This document shows, one piece after another, positions 9,930 to 19,381 of a DNA stretch of 42,751 nucleotides. The notes under the pieces were generated by a model. The model was not told where the DNA came from and did not search any database. It saw nothing but the letters and a program-made list of their open reading frames with translations. Numbering within the stretch: position 1 is the stretch's first letter; every line of letters begins with the position of its first letter. Source of the stretch: Thermodesulfovibrionales bacterium (GTDB lineage Bacteria; Nitrospirota; Thermodesulfovibrionia; Thermodesulfovibrionales; SM23-35); contig JAGUWT010000230.1 in assembly GCA_020062205.1 (NCBI GenBank), forward strand, positions 1 to 42,751. The letters are read 5' to 3'. The position numbers and the translations under genes are program-made.

Positions 9930-11386
9930 TGGATATTTCCGAATTTCAAGAGTTATTTTCGGCATTGACCGGGATTAAGAAAAACCGGTTCCACCCACTC
10001 GTATGGATAAACGGCGAGCCTGAAATCGGCGGAAATGTTTATATAGGGGGGATGTCTGAGGTGAATACAAAGGGTGCAAGTGTGGTCATCGGAGATAACT
10101 GCGACATTGCATCATTTGTCGCCATTAATTGTGCTGATACACATAAAAAATGCATTGGACTGTCGGATAAAGCAGACTGCAGGGACATAGTGCTCGAAAA
10201 CAATGTCTTTGTCGGGTCGCACAGCGTTATTAAAGGCGGGGCATACATTGGCCATCATTCAGTCATTGCGGCGGGTACGATTGTTGACGGCGTAAGAATA
10301 CCTCCATACTCTTTGGTTGCAGGAAACCCGATGCAGGTAAAAGAAGGATATTATCTAAAGCAGGCTTCTGGTATAATTCAGCATAATAAACCAACGTTAG
10401 GCGCAGAGGAAGAAAGGGCTGCTCAAAGAATAATCCGTTCGGGCTGGTTAGCACAGGGAAAGGAAGTGGAAGCATTTGAAAATGAATTTTGTAGTTCTAT
10501 TGGCTTGCCAGAAGGACACGCGGTAGCCGTTACAAACGGGACATCATCATTATTTCTTGCCCTCTGGGCACTAAAAGCACAAGGCAAAAAAGTCGCTTTT
10601 CCTGTTTATACATGCTCGAGCCTGCAGCATGCGGTAGCCATGGCCGGGGCAAAAGAGATTCTTGTGGATATTGATGGAAGGACTCCTAATATTGATCTCG
10701 AGTCGCTTGGTCAAAGTAAAGCTGATATCGCAATCGTGCCTCATATGTTTGGTTTGCCTTTGGATATATCAGATTTTAAAGGTGTAGATATAATCGAAGA
10801 TTGTGCTCAGGCACTGGGTGCATCTGTTAACAATATCCCTGTAGGATTACACGGCAAGATGGGGATATATTCTTTTTATGCCACAAAATTAATGACGAGC
10901 GGCGGACAGGGCGGTATGGTTGTATCTACGGATAAGGCTTTAGTTGATGCTATCAGGGATTACAGGGAATTTGATCAGCGGAGAGATAATATGAAAAGGT
11001 TTAACTTCCAGATGACTGATATGCAGGCTGCAGTCGGCCGCGTTCAACTTAAGAAGCTAACTGATTTTCTGAAGCGCAGGAGTGAGATATTCGAGTCTTA
11101 TCGTGAGAGCGGGCTATCCCTGCTGGATGTATCTGAAAATAATTTATCTCCGGTCCGTTTCCGAGCTGTACTATTGACTGAGCGGCCTAAAGAAGTTATT
11201 CAGGCACTGTCAAATGCAGGAATCAAGGCAATTATACCTATCGAAGATTGGGAACTTCTGGGTGAAAAAGAACTATTTCCTAATTCTTACAACATGACCC
11301 AACGGACTGTCTCGCTTCCAGTATATCCATCGCTCATAGATTACGATGTTAAAAAGGTTATTACTGTGGTGAAGAGTAGTATATGA
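9929..11386 (+). CDS. Fusion: hexapeptide-repeat (left-handed beta-helix) acyltransferase + DegT/DnrJ/EryC1/StrS aminotransferase
   Basis: aa 1-~143 hexapeptide repeats (IGGNVY, IGDNCD, LENNVF, IGHHSV, IAAGTI, VAGNP). From about aa 149: HNKPTLG, NGTSSL, IEDCAQALG, SFYATKLMTSGGQGG, FNFQMTDMQAA, SLPVYP. Confidence 0.85.
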   Translation: MDISEFQELFSALTGIKKNRFHPLVWINGEPEIGGNVYIGGMSEVNTKGASVVIGDNCDIASFVAINCADTHKKCIGLSDKADCRDIVLENNVFVGSHSVIKGGAYIGHHSVIAAGTIVDGVRIPPYSLVAGNPMQVKEGYYLKQASGIIQHNKPTLGAEEERAAQRIIRSGWLAQGKEVEAFENEFCSSIGLPEGHAVAVTNGTSSLFLALWALKAQGKKVAFPVYTCSSLQHAVAMAGAKEILVDIDGRTPNIDLESLGQSKADIAIVPHMFGLPLDISDFKGVDIIEDCAQALGASVNNIPVGLHGKMGIYSFYATKLMTSGGQGGMVVSTDKALVDAIRDYREFDQRRDNMKRFNFQMTDMQAAVGRVQLKKLTDFLKRRSEIFESYRESGLSLLDVSENNLSPVRFRAVLLTERPKEVIQALSNAGIKAIIPIEDWELLGEKELFPNSYNMTQRTVSLPVYPSLIDYDVKKVITVVKSSI

Positions 11387-12111
11387 TACTGACCGCGCAT
11401 CAGCCTGTTTATCTACCCTGGCTTGGCCTGTTCCATAAGATTTCCTTAGCGGATAAATTTTGTTTTTTTGATGATGTCCAATATCAACCGAAAGATTGGA
11501 ATAACAGGAATAAAATAAAATTCAATAACGGTACATCAGGCTGGCTAACAGTCCCTGTGCTCAGGAAATCATATCTTGAACGTTCGTATCTTGAGATTGA
11601 AATAAATAATCAACTGCCATGGCAGCGGAAACACTGGAAGTCCATAGAATTAAACTACCGGGAGGCTTCCTATTTCGGGTTGTATGAAAAGGAGTTGAAG
11701 AAATTTTATGAAGTGAAATGGCAGTTTCTTTCTGAGCTAAACTACGAGATGCTTCTGTTTTTCTTAGAAAAGCTAAATATTTCTATACTGGTAGTTAGGA
11801 TGAAAGACTATGACTTTAAGGGTCATAAGTCCGAGCTTGTTCTGGATATGTGCAGGCAGTTAGGGGCGGATATTTATATCTTCGGTGAAAAGGGAAAGGA
11901 CTATGCGGATGTAGAGGGGTTTCATGCTGCAGGCATCACACCTCTGTTTCAGGATTACCGTCACCCTACCTATCCTCAAATGCACGGTGAATTTATCCCT
12001 TATCTCTCAATCATTGACTTGCTTTTTAATTGCGGCTCTGAAAGTCTATCTATACTTACGGCGAATAACCTTCGCAGGAGTGATTTATTTGAGCATTCAA
12101 TCAAGCTTTGA
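11383..12111 (+). CDS. WbqC-family protein (putative aminoacyl/acyl transferase onto amino sugar)
   Basis: AHQPVYLPWLGLFHKI, DDVQY, WNNRNKI, WLTVPV, YPQ, LSIIDLLFN. Confidence 0.9.
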   Translation: MILTAHQPVYLPWLGLFHKISLADKFCFFDDVQYQPKDWNNRNKIKFNNGTSGWLTVPVLRKSYLERSYLEIEINNQLPWQRKHWKSIELNYREASYFGLYEKELKKFYEVKWQFLSELNYEMLLFFLEKLNISILVVRMKDYDFKGHKSELVLDMCRQLGADIYIFGEKGKDYADVEGFHAAGITPLFQDYRHPTYPQMHGEFIPYLSIIDLLFNCGSESLSILTANNLRRSDLFEHSIKL

Positions 12112-12784
12112 CAGAAAGTGGGAGGAAAATGTTTATAGTCAGGGTAAGCAATTAAACAGATACCCTTTTTCTGATTTAGTCTCCTATGTTATGAGACTCT
12201 ATGCAGAACGGCTCAGGTCTGGAGAGGCATTAAGGGCATTGGAATTAGGTTTTGGCGGAGGAAATAATATTGTTTTTTTGGCTACCGAGGGGTTTGAGAC
12301 CTGGGGGATTGAAGGTTCCCCTTCCGCACATGCATTTGCGAGTGCTCGGATGAAGGAAAAAAGGATTAATACCGAATTGACTGTCGGCGATTTTGTCAGA
12401 TTGCCTTACGATAATGAATTTTTTGATCTCGTTATTGACCGGGAGGCTGTTTATTGCAACATGCCTTCTGCAATTAAAAAAATAATTCGGGAGGTTGTTC
12501 GAGTTTTAAAAAAAGGAGGTCGTTTTTTGACTTTCATGTATTCACTTGAGCATGGAAGCAGGCTTTCCGATGGTGGAAAGCTTATAGACGTAAACACTTA
12601 CAACGATTTTGTGCAGGGCAATTTTGCTGGCACAGGAATAACACATTTTTTTTCGGAAAAGGAAATTCTCAATTACCTTAAGGATTTCGAGATAGAATTT
12701 ATGAAACATCTTCGTGTAGATAGTCTTATCCCATACAAAAGAAATGAGTATGCAGAATATCACACGTGCGCACGTAAAAGATAA
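12089..12784 (+). CDS. Class I SAM-dependent methyltransferase (start reassigned to TTG 12089)
   Basis: LELGFGGGNN motif I, GIEGS, LPYDNEFFDLVID, RVLKKGG. AGGAG at 12076-12080 precedes in-frame TTG 12089, which removes most of the overlap with wbqC implied by the 11924 start. Confidence 0.85.
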   Translation: MSIQSSFDRKWEENVYSQGKQLNRYPFSDLVSYVMRLYAERLRSGEALRALELGFGGGNNIVFLATEGFETWGIEGSPSAHAFASARMKEKRINTELTVGDFVRLPYDNEFFDLVIDREAVYCNMPSAIKKIIREVVRVLKKGGRFLTFMYSLEHGSRLSDGGKLIDVNTYNDFVQGNFAGTGITHFFSEKEILNYLKDFEIEFMKHLRVDSLIPYKRNEYAEYHTCARKR

Positions 12785-12800
12785 AAAATAGGAGGGGATA

Positions 12801-13553
12801 TTGAATCCTGTTATTTCAAGGACTGAAAAAGAGAAAGACTACCGTGCCAAGATGGAGAGGTTTTTCATGGATGCAAGTGGCACCATATCCGATAAGCTTA
12901 GTAATTTTGCAAGGTTCGTTAGCAGGCAGGACATAGCGCTTTTTCTTTTTAAATACGAGTTATACAAGAGGATACTCGAGGTTCACGGCTCCATCCTTGA
13001 ATTCGGGGTGTATCGTGGCGGTGGAAGCTTTACCTTTGCCCAGTTAAGCGCTATCCTTGAGCCTTACAATTACCAGAGGAGGATAATAGGTTTTGACACT
13101 TTTGAGGGTTTCCCCTCTGTCTCAGAAAATGACCTTCTTTCAGACCCCAACCTGAGCCCCAAGAAAGGAGATTTTTACACCTCAGAAAATTTCTACGAAG
13201 AATTGAGTGAGAATATCAAACTTTTTGACATGAACCGTTTCCTGAACCATATTGAAAAGATATCATTCGTAAAGGGCGATATAAACAAGACGCTCCCGGA
13301 CTTCCTCGAAAAAAACAGGCACATTGTAGTATCACTGGCGTATTTTGACCTTGACATCTATCAGCCTACGAAAAAGGCGCTTGAACTCATATTTCACAGA
13401 ATCCCAAAAGGCGGAATTATTGCTTTTGACGAATTGAACAACCCGCTTTGGCCCGGAGAGACACAGGCAGTAATAGAGACGATTGGAATTAATAATATCC
13501 GTTTGCAGAAATTTACCTTTGAACCCTGCAGGAGTTACTGCGTAATCGAATAA
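12801..13553 (+). CDS. TylF/MycF/NovP-family sugar O-methyltransferase
   Basis: GSILEFGVYRG, GFDTFEGFP, VKGDI, YFDLDIYQPT, GGIIAFDE. TTG start with GGAGGGG SD. Confidence 0.82.
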   Translation: MNPVISRTEKEKDYRAKMERFFMDASGTISDKLSNFARFVSRQDIALFLFKYELYKRILEVHGSILEFGVYRGGGSFTFAQLSAILEPYNYQRRIIGFDTFEGFPSVSENDLLSDPNLSPKKGDFYTSENFYEELSENIKLFDMNRFLNHIEKISFVKGDINKTLPDFLEKNRHIVVSLAYFDLDIYQPTKKALELIFHRIPKGGIIAFDELNNPLWPGETQAVIETIGINNIRLQKFTFEPCRSYCVIE

Positions 13554-13554
13554 A

Positions 13555-14259
13555 ATGGAGAAGGCAAATAGAAAAAGTTCAATCTTAGTTGTGGCAGCAC
13601 ATCCCGATGACGAAATCCTTGGATGTGGGGGGACCATGGCTCTTCACTCCATGAAAGGTGATGAGGTATATGTGCTTATCTTAGGGGAGGGAGTAACTTC
13701 AAGGGATGTAAAGAGGGACAGAAAGAAGAGGGATAAGGAAATTAAGGAATTAAGAAGGGATATAGAAGCGGCTAATAAAATAGTGGGGACTAAGAGGACT
13801 TTTTTATATGACTTCCCTGACAACAGGTTCGACAGCGTGCCTTTGCTTGATATTATTAAAGTAATTGAAAAAGTAAAAAATGAAGTAATACCAGATATTG
13901 TCTATACCCACCACCACGGCGATTTAAATATTGACCACCGGCTAACATTCCATGCAGTCCTAACAGCTTGCAGACCGTTAAAAGGGGAATCTGTAAAGGA
14001 AATCTATTCCTTTGAAGTGCCTTCTTCAACCGAATGGTCGCCAGATAACAGCAAATATTTCATGCCGAATTATTTTGTAAATATTAAAGATACATTTCAG
14101 GAAAAAATAAAAGCTATGAAAGCTTATACGAGCGAGATTCGCGATTTTCCACATCCACGCTCTGCAAGGGCTTTAGAAATTTTGGCTTGTAATAGAGGAA
14201 TAAGTGTTGGTCTTGAGTATGCAGAGGCGTTTGAAGTGATACGGCAAGTACGCGGTTAA
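13555..14259 (+). CDS. PIG-L/LmbE family N-deacetylase
   Basis: VAAHPDDEILGCGG, FPDNRFD, YTHHHGDLNIDH, FEVPSSTEW, FPHPRS, AEAF. Confidence 0.9.
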   Translation: MEKANRKSSILVVAAHPDDEILGCGGTMALHSMKGDEVYVLILGEGVTSRDVKRDRKKRDKEIKELRRDIEAANKIVGTKRTFLYDFPDNRFDSVPLLDIIKVIEKVKNEVIPDIVYTHHHGDLNIDHRLTFHAVLTACRPLKGESVKEIYSFEVPSSTEWSPDNSKYFMPNYFVNIKDTFQEKIKAMKAYTSEIRDFPHPRSARALEILACNRGISVGLEYAEAFEVIRQVRG

Positions 14260-14285
14260 AGCCAACTCTAAATTTAGATCAGAAA

Positions 14286-14870
14286 ATGAATGACAAAGTA
14301 TCTAAGAAAATTTTTTCAAGCAAGGCTTTTTTGGTAGGAAAAAGATTATATTTAAGACCATTGCTAAAATCTGACATAACGAAAAGATATTTATCCTGGC
14401 TCAATGATGCGGAGGTAACGAGATATATTGAAACTGGATTATTTCCTGTTACAGAAAAAGACCTCGAAGAGTTCTATAAAAAAATAAGGGTTAGTAAAAC
14501 GGATATTATGTTTGCTATTATTGACAAAAAGCATGATTTGCACATCGGCAATATAAAATTGGGGGGTATTAAATGGGTGCACCGCTTTGCTGATTTAGGG
14601 ATTATGATTGGTGATAAAGCGTACTGGGGGAGAGGTTATGGAGAAGAAGCATGCAGATTATTACTTGGATATGCCTTTAACAGGTTAAATTTAAATAAGG
14701 TTACGTTGGGTTCTTATGCAACCAATTTAGCAGCGTTGAAAACCTATAAAAAAGTTGGTTTTAAAATTGAAGGTAGGATAAAGAAGTTGTTGAGTATTGA
14801 TGGGAAATATGTTGACCATGTTCTGATGGGAATTCTGCAGAGTGAATACAATAAAAAAGCCTTTAAATAA
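14286..14870 (+). CDS. GNAT (RimJ/RimL-type) N-acyltransferase, candidate for the PseH step
   Basis: LYLRPL, YLSWLND, HIGNIKLG, GIMIGDKAYWGRGYG (acyl-CoA motif A), NLAALKTYKKVGF. Confidence 0.82.
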   Translation: MNDKVSKKIFSSKAFLVGKRLYLRPLLKSDITKRYLSWLNDAEVTRYIETGLFPVTEKDLEEFYKKIRVSKTDIMFAIIDKKHDLHIGNIKLGGIKWVHRFADLGIMIGDKAYWGRGYGEEACRLLLGYAFNRLNLNKVTLGSYATNLAALKTYKKVGFKIEGRIKKLLSIDGKYVDHVLMGILQSEYNKKAFK

Positions 14871-14891
14871 AACAGTAACAGGAGATATTCT

Positions 14892-16223
14892 TTGGACCAC
14901 AATGCTGTAATGTCCTTCATGCGGCGGCATTATCTTAAAAATAGAACCATAGTTTCTAAAGATATTACGGGAATCATTGAAGATGTAGCTACATACATTG
15001 GCATTGAACCAGTATTGCACCGCTATCCAACAGGAAACGAGTATTCTACATGGGATATCCCACCTCGATGGGATGTGCGTGAGGCATGGCTTAAAGACGA
15101 AGATGGCAATATTATTGCAAGCTATGAAGATCACCCCCTTTTTCTTGCCCCGTATTCGATACCTTTCCATGGAGTTGTGACGTTTGAAGGTTTAAAGGAT
15201 CATGTCAGCACCCATCCGACGCTTCGAGATGCCTTTTTCTATGAGCATAGGCTTGCCTACAACTCGCGATTAAGACTTAAGGACTGGAGAATAAGTCTGC
15301 CGGCCGATCTTCTCGACCGACTTAATCCAATGGGTAGGTACGAGGTGTGTATTGATGTTGAAGTTGAGCCGGGTGAGATGCTTGTTGCCGAGTTTGTGCT
15401 ACCGGGCAAAAGCGAGGATGTAGTAGCCCTGCTTGCTGACTATTGCCATCCCGGACAAGTCAACGATAGCTTTTCAGGAATCGTGACGTTCATGGATGTC
15501 CTCAAAGAATTAAAGGAAAGACCGTCACGGAACTTCACATACAGTCTGATGCTTTTCCCAGAGACTATCGGGTCATCAGTCATGCTTGCTTCAAATCCTG
15601 AACGTATTCCAAAAATTAAAGGTGCTATTTTTTGTGAGATGGTCGCATGGGGTGCTCAATGGGCAATAAAAAAAACGTTCACCGGCGATACGTACATGGA
15701 TATGCTGGCTGGCGTCCTCTGCCTCGAAATGCCTGAGATCAAAACAATAAGCTTTGACGATGGAGCCGGAAATGATGAAATAGTATTTGACTGGGCTGGA
15801 ATTCCTGCAATATCGCTTCAACGATATCCTTACGAAGAATATCACTCAAGCGAAGACAGCCCCGAAAAGATCGATATGGAAAGCATGAAGCGCGCCATTG
15901 AAATCATTCTTAAAATGATAGATGTTATCGAAAACGACCGTATCTGGTGCTGCGTGCACCCAGTTCCTTTTTATATGTCGCGGTTTGATCTTTATAATGA
16001 TGCTGTTTCTGTCTGGCAAGACCACTTGTTCTTCCGCAACATTCTCTTCAATCTGAACGGGTACAAAAGTATTCTTGAGATAGCGAATAAACTCGGAAGA
16101 CAATTCGATAAAACACTAGGAATAATAAAGGCAATGGAAAAATATGGATTGGTAAGATCAGGTGAATTGGGATTAATAGTCGCGTCAAGAAAGCAGAGAT
16201 ATAGGCGGCTTAAAAAAGCATAA
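14892..16223 (+). CDS. DUF4910-type aminopeptidase-like protein (M28-like domain with DUF2172 insert and C-terminal winged helix)
   Basis: YPTG...WDIPPRWDVREAWL, PYSIPF, YEVCID, LPGKSE, YCHPGQVNDSFSG, PETIGS, YPYEEYHSSED, C-terminal LNGYKSILEIA wHTH. GGAG SD plus TTG start. Confidence 0.8.
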   Translation: MDHNAVMSFMRRHYLKNRTIVSKDITGIIEDVATYIGIEPVLHRYPTGNEYSTWDIPPRWDVREAWLKDEDGNIIASYEDHPLFLAPYSIPFHGVVTFEGLKDHVSTHPTLRDAFFYEHRLAYNSRLRLKDWRISLPADLLDRLNPMGRYEVCIDVEVEPGEMLVAEFVLPGKSEDVVALLADYCHPGQVNDSFSGIVTFMDVLKELKERPSRNFTYSLMLFPETIGSSVMLASNPERIPKIKGAIFCEMVAWGAQWAIKKTFTGDTYMDMLAGVLCLEMPEIKTISFDDGAGNDEIVFDWAGIPAISLQRYPYEEYHSSEDSPEKIDMESMKRAIEIILKMIDVIENDRIWCCVHPVPFYMSRFDLYNDAVSVWQDHLFFRNILFNLNGYKSILEIANKLGRQFDKTLGIIKAMEKYGLVRSGELGLIVASRKQRYRRLKKA

Positions 16224-16245
16224 TCAGTTATTTAAGGAGTTGAAG

Positions 16246-17754
16246 ATGAAAGTTTTAGGCATATCAGGAAGTTTAAGAAATTTACGCTTTGGAAAAGGAT
16301 CCGATTTATTAGTTTCAGAAATAAAAAAAATTGCTACAAAAGATAACCTTCTTGAGTATTTAAAAGAACAAGGGAACTTATGTTTAAGTTTATTTATAGA
16401 ATCAGGCAGAAAAATGGGAAAACCTTTCAATCAGTTATATGAGAAGTTAAAAAAAACTGGCGGCAATTACGGGTTAAGCAACAGTGAGATTGCCCTTGCT
16501 ACGGGGCTATGGGGTGTAAACCAAAATGGGGTAGACATTGAACATGTAAGCTTGACCGAATTTTTAGAGAGGAATCAAAACAAAACCGTTGGACGCGAAC
16601 AAATTTTACAAAGAGTACAAGAAGCAGATGGCATTTTGGTTTCTGGACCTGTTTATTTTGGTGACCGCAGTTCACTGATTTATGATTTCCTGCGGTTGCT
16701 CAAGTTGGAGCCACAGATTGTAAAAAACAAGGTTTATGCCGGAATTGCTGTTGGAGCTAAGCGGAATGGCGGACAGGAAACAACACTTATTTATCAGATG
16801 ATGGATTTTATTAATATTGGCATGATTGCTGTAGGAAACGATTTGAATACGACAGCCCAGTACGGCGGGACAGGAGTTGCAGGTGATGTCGGTACTATGG
16901 CAAATGATAGCATTGGATTAGAAACTGCTATTGGCACAGGTAATCGTATAGGGGATGTGGTCAATCTAATATCCACTGCTGGAAAATTACATCTAAAGGA
17001 TAAGCCTCGCATAGGTGTATTTATACTACAAGATTGTGAAGAAACCGCCTTGAGAAAAATAAAAAATGTGGTGGAAAAGTATGAGATTTTCAATAAAGCC
17101 GATTTTAAATTTTTTCATTTACCAAAAGAAAAGATAAATAGATGTATAGCCTGCGATAATTGTCCAGCCTTTATTGACGATGACGAAGTTTATAACTGCA
17201 TCAATCAGAGAAAAGATGACCTTTTCAAAAAAATCCATAAGGAAATAATCGGCCTTGATGGAATACTTCTAGGCGGATACTCTACAAATGACTTTACCAA
17301 AATTTATTCTGTATACCAAACGTTTATTGAGAGAACCCGTTACTTAAGAAGAAGTGACTATCAATTTTCAAACCTCTTGGTAGCGCCTTTAGTTGTGGAA
17401 GAAGTTACAAGTCGGGAAAATCTAAGCATACGTATCATAACCTCGATGATACGTCATCATACTATTATGTTTAGGCCTTTAGTTTTGCAGCTAAAAGATG
17501 GTCAGGAGATCACAGAAAATTTATTCGTTGCTGATTTGTGCTCATACATAGAACTTGCTGGTTCAATTACGGCTGGAAGAATATTAAAATATGCAAGTAA
17601 GTTGGTCAAAAAGACGTATAATCCGTATGGTTATACTCTTAGATCAAGCAGGGACATGGAACAGTCCACTATCGAAAAAAAGCAGAAGGTTATGGAAAAT
17701 CGAAAGCACCGGTTTGAAGCGATGTTAGAAAAAAGAGTTGAGGGACACCAATGA
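16246..17754 (+). CDS. Tandem-domain flavodoxin-fold protein of the iron-sulfur flavoprotein / NAD(P)H:FMN reductase family
   Basis: Domain 1: VLGISGSLR, ADGILVSGPVYFG, VGAKRNGGQETTL, YGGTG. Domain 2: INRCIACDNC...YNC, DGILLG, FIERT. AAGGAG at 16234-16239 favours ATG 16246. Confidence 0.75.
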   Translation: MKVLGISGSLRNLRFGKGSDLLVSEIKKIATKDNLLEYLKEQGNLCLSLFIESGRKMGKPFNQLYEKLKKTGGNYGLSNSEIALATGLWGVNQNGVDIEHVSLTEFLERNQNKTVGREQILQRVQEADGILVSGPVYFGDRSSLIYDFLRLLKLEPQIVKNKVYAGIAVGAKRNGGQETTLIYQMMDFINIGMIAVGNDLNTTAQYGGTGVAGDVGTMANDSIGLETAIGTGNRIGDVVNLISTAGKLHLKDKPRIGVFILQDCEETALRKIKNVVEKYEIFNKADFKFFHLPKEKINRCIACDNCPAFIDDDEVYNCINQRKDDLFKKIHKEIIGLDGILLGGYSTNDFTKIYSVYQTFIERTRYLRRSDYQFSNLLVAPLVVEEVTSRENLSIRIITSMIRHHTIMFRPLVLQLKDGQEITENLFVADLCSYIELAGSITAGRILKYASKLVKKTYNPYGYTLRSSRDMEQSTIEKKQKVMENRKHRFEAMLEKRVEGHQ

Positions 17755-19292
17755 AGAAGCATTTCCAAAATAACGCATTATATTCCGATCCATTATCGTA
17801 CTCAACTGTTTCTGCTTTTTTAATTAGCCGCTGTAAAACGGGTGGGGATAGTGTCTTTTTAAAAGAAGTTTCAACCAATCAAAGTGTAACTTACGATGAA
17901 TTTTGGAATTTAGTATGCCAAGTTTCAAACTGGTTTGAAATCAATGCTATTGAAACTGGCGATACTATATGTTTAGCCTTAGAAAATGATATCCAGTCGG
18001 TAGCTCTCTTTTTCGCATCTCTATGCAAATCCATCATTCCAGCAGTCGTTAATAAGAATATTTCAAAACAAGAATTAAATTATATAATAGAACTGATCAA
18101 TCCGAAGAAAATTGTTAACTTCTCCATAGACTTAGTAGATAAAAGGTTCGTTTCTTTTGATTTTTCTATGATAAAAATTTTTTACATCAAAAATGTGGAG
18201 CATAGATCTGCAGGAAATGCTAATGATATTGCTTATATTACCTTTACATCCGGATCAACGGGTGTTCCCAGAGGCGTTTGTATATCAAACCGTAACGTCT
18301 TATCGGAAATCAGCAGTTTTATTCAGGCATATTGTTTGGAAAAGTCGGATGTCCATCTATGCGTACTTCCTGTTAGTCACGCGTCAGCTCTATATAGGAA
18401 CCTATTCCTTCCTTTTTCATTAGGTAGCAAGGTTGTAATGACCAGTAAGTTCGACGTCAAAGAATTTTGGCAAATTATCGAAGATAAGGAGGTGACCTTT
18501 GTTCAAGTCGTTCCCTCAATACTTTCTTCACTTCTTGTGTCGGATACCACACCAGGGAAATCCACAAAAGAGCGATTGCGATTTATCGGCAGCGCATCAG
18601 CACCCCACCCAGAAAGTCTTATAAGAAAGTTTGAGGAAAGATTCGGGATATCTATTCTTCAGGGTTACGGAATGACCGAAGCTACCTGTGGAATCACATT
18701 GTCACCGATAGAGAGGGAATTACGGATCTCTGGTAGTGTTGGACGGCCAATTCCAGGAAATAGGGTTGAGATCTGGGACGAGGATGGCAGGTGTCTTCCC
18801 CCTCATGAAATAGGTGAAGTGGTAGTTCAGGGTAAAAACATAATGATGGGTTATGTTGACCAGAATTTAAACTCAAACATAAAGTTAAGAGATGGTCGGC
18901 TGTGCACAGGAGATTTGGGTTATCTTGATGAAAATAACAATTTATTTCTTATTGGGAGAAAGAATGATATCATCAAAAGGGCTGGACATAGGGTCTCACC
19001 TAAGGAGATCGAAAATGCGCTTTACTTTCTGGAGGAAATCAGGGACGCAAAGGTTTTGGGAATACCCCATGACTTTCTGGGTGAAGATATCATAGCGTTC
19101 GTAACGCTTAACGATAGTTATTCCATAAGTGGAAGGAAGATTATCTCAAAGTTGAAAGGTCAAATTTCCTCACACAAACTTCCTTCTGAGATTTGTGTCC
19201 TTACTGATATCCCGAGAAATTCCGTTGGTAAAATTGACAGTCACTTCTTGTTCGATTGGTATGAAAAGTACTGCGCAAAAAAACGATTTTAA
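17751..19292 (+). CDS. Class I adenylate-forming enzyme (acyl-AMP / acyl-CoA or acyl-ACP ligase)
   Basis: YITFTSGSTGVPRG, LPVSH, QGYGMTE, SVGRP, TGDLG, GRKNDII, SPKEIE, PRNSVGK (catalytic Lys). Confidence 0.92.
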   Translation: MKKHFQNNALYSDPLSYSTVSAFLISRCKTGGDSVFLKEVSTNQSVTYDEFWNLVCQVSNWFEINAIETGDTICLALENDIQSVALFFASLCKSIIPAVVNKNISKQELNYIIELINPKKIVNFSIDLVDKRFVSFDFSMIKIFYIKNVEHRSAGNANDIAYITFTSGSTGVPRGVCISNRNVLSEISSFIQAYCLEKSDVHLCVLPVSHASALYRNLFLPFSLGSKVVMTSKFDVKEFWQIIEDKEVTFVQVVPSILSSLLVSDTTPGKSTKERLRFIGSASAPHPESLIRKFEERFGISILQGYGMTEATCGITLSPIERELRISGSVGRPIPGNRVEIWDEDGRCLPPHEIGEVVVQGKNIMMGYVDQNLNSNIKLRDGRLCTGDLGYLDENNNLFLIGRKNDIIKRAGHRVSPKEIENALYFLEEIRDAKVLGIPHDFLGEDIIAFVTLNDSYSISGRKIISKLKGQISSHKLPSEICVLTDIPRNSVGKIDSHFLFDWYEKYCAKKRF

Positions 19293-19381
19293 GGGAATCC
19301 CAAGGGCTTAAATAAAAAAGTACTCATTGAGAAGATAACATTTATAAGTAGTCAATTAAAATAATCAAGTAGGGGATATAA

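Noticed and set aside
11924-12088. Long N-terminal extension of the methyltransferase ORF
   Set aside because: Overlaps wbqC extensively; an SD-supported TTG exists at 12089.
14892-16223. Phase variation of the DUF4910 gene, as for C. jejuni Cj1295
   Set aside because: No long poly-G/C tract seen. A/T runs of about 8 elsewhere (e.g. near 16323, 38073) are unremarkable in AT-rich DNA.
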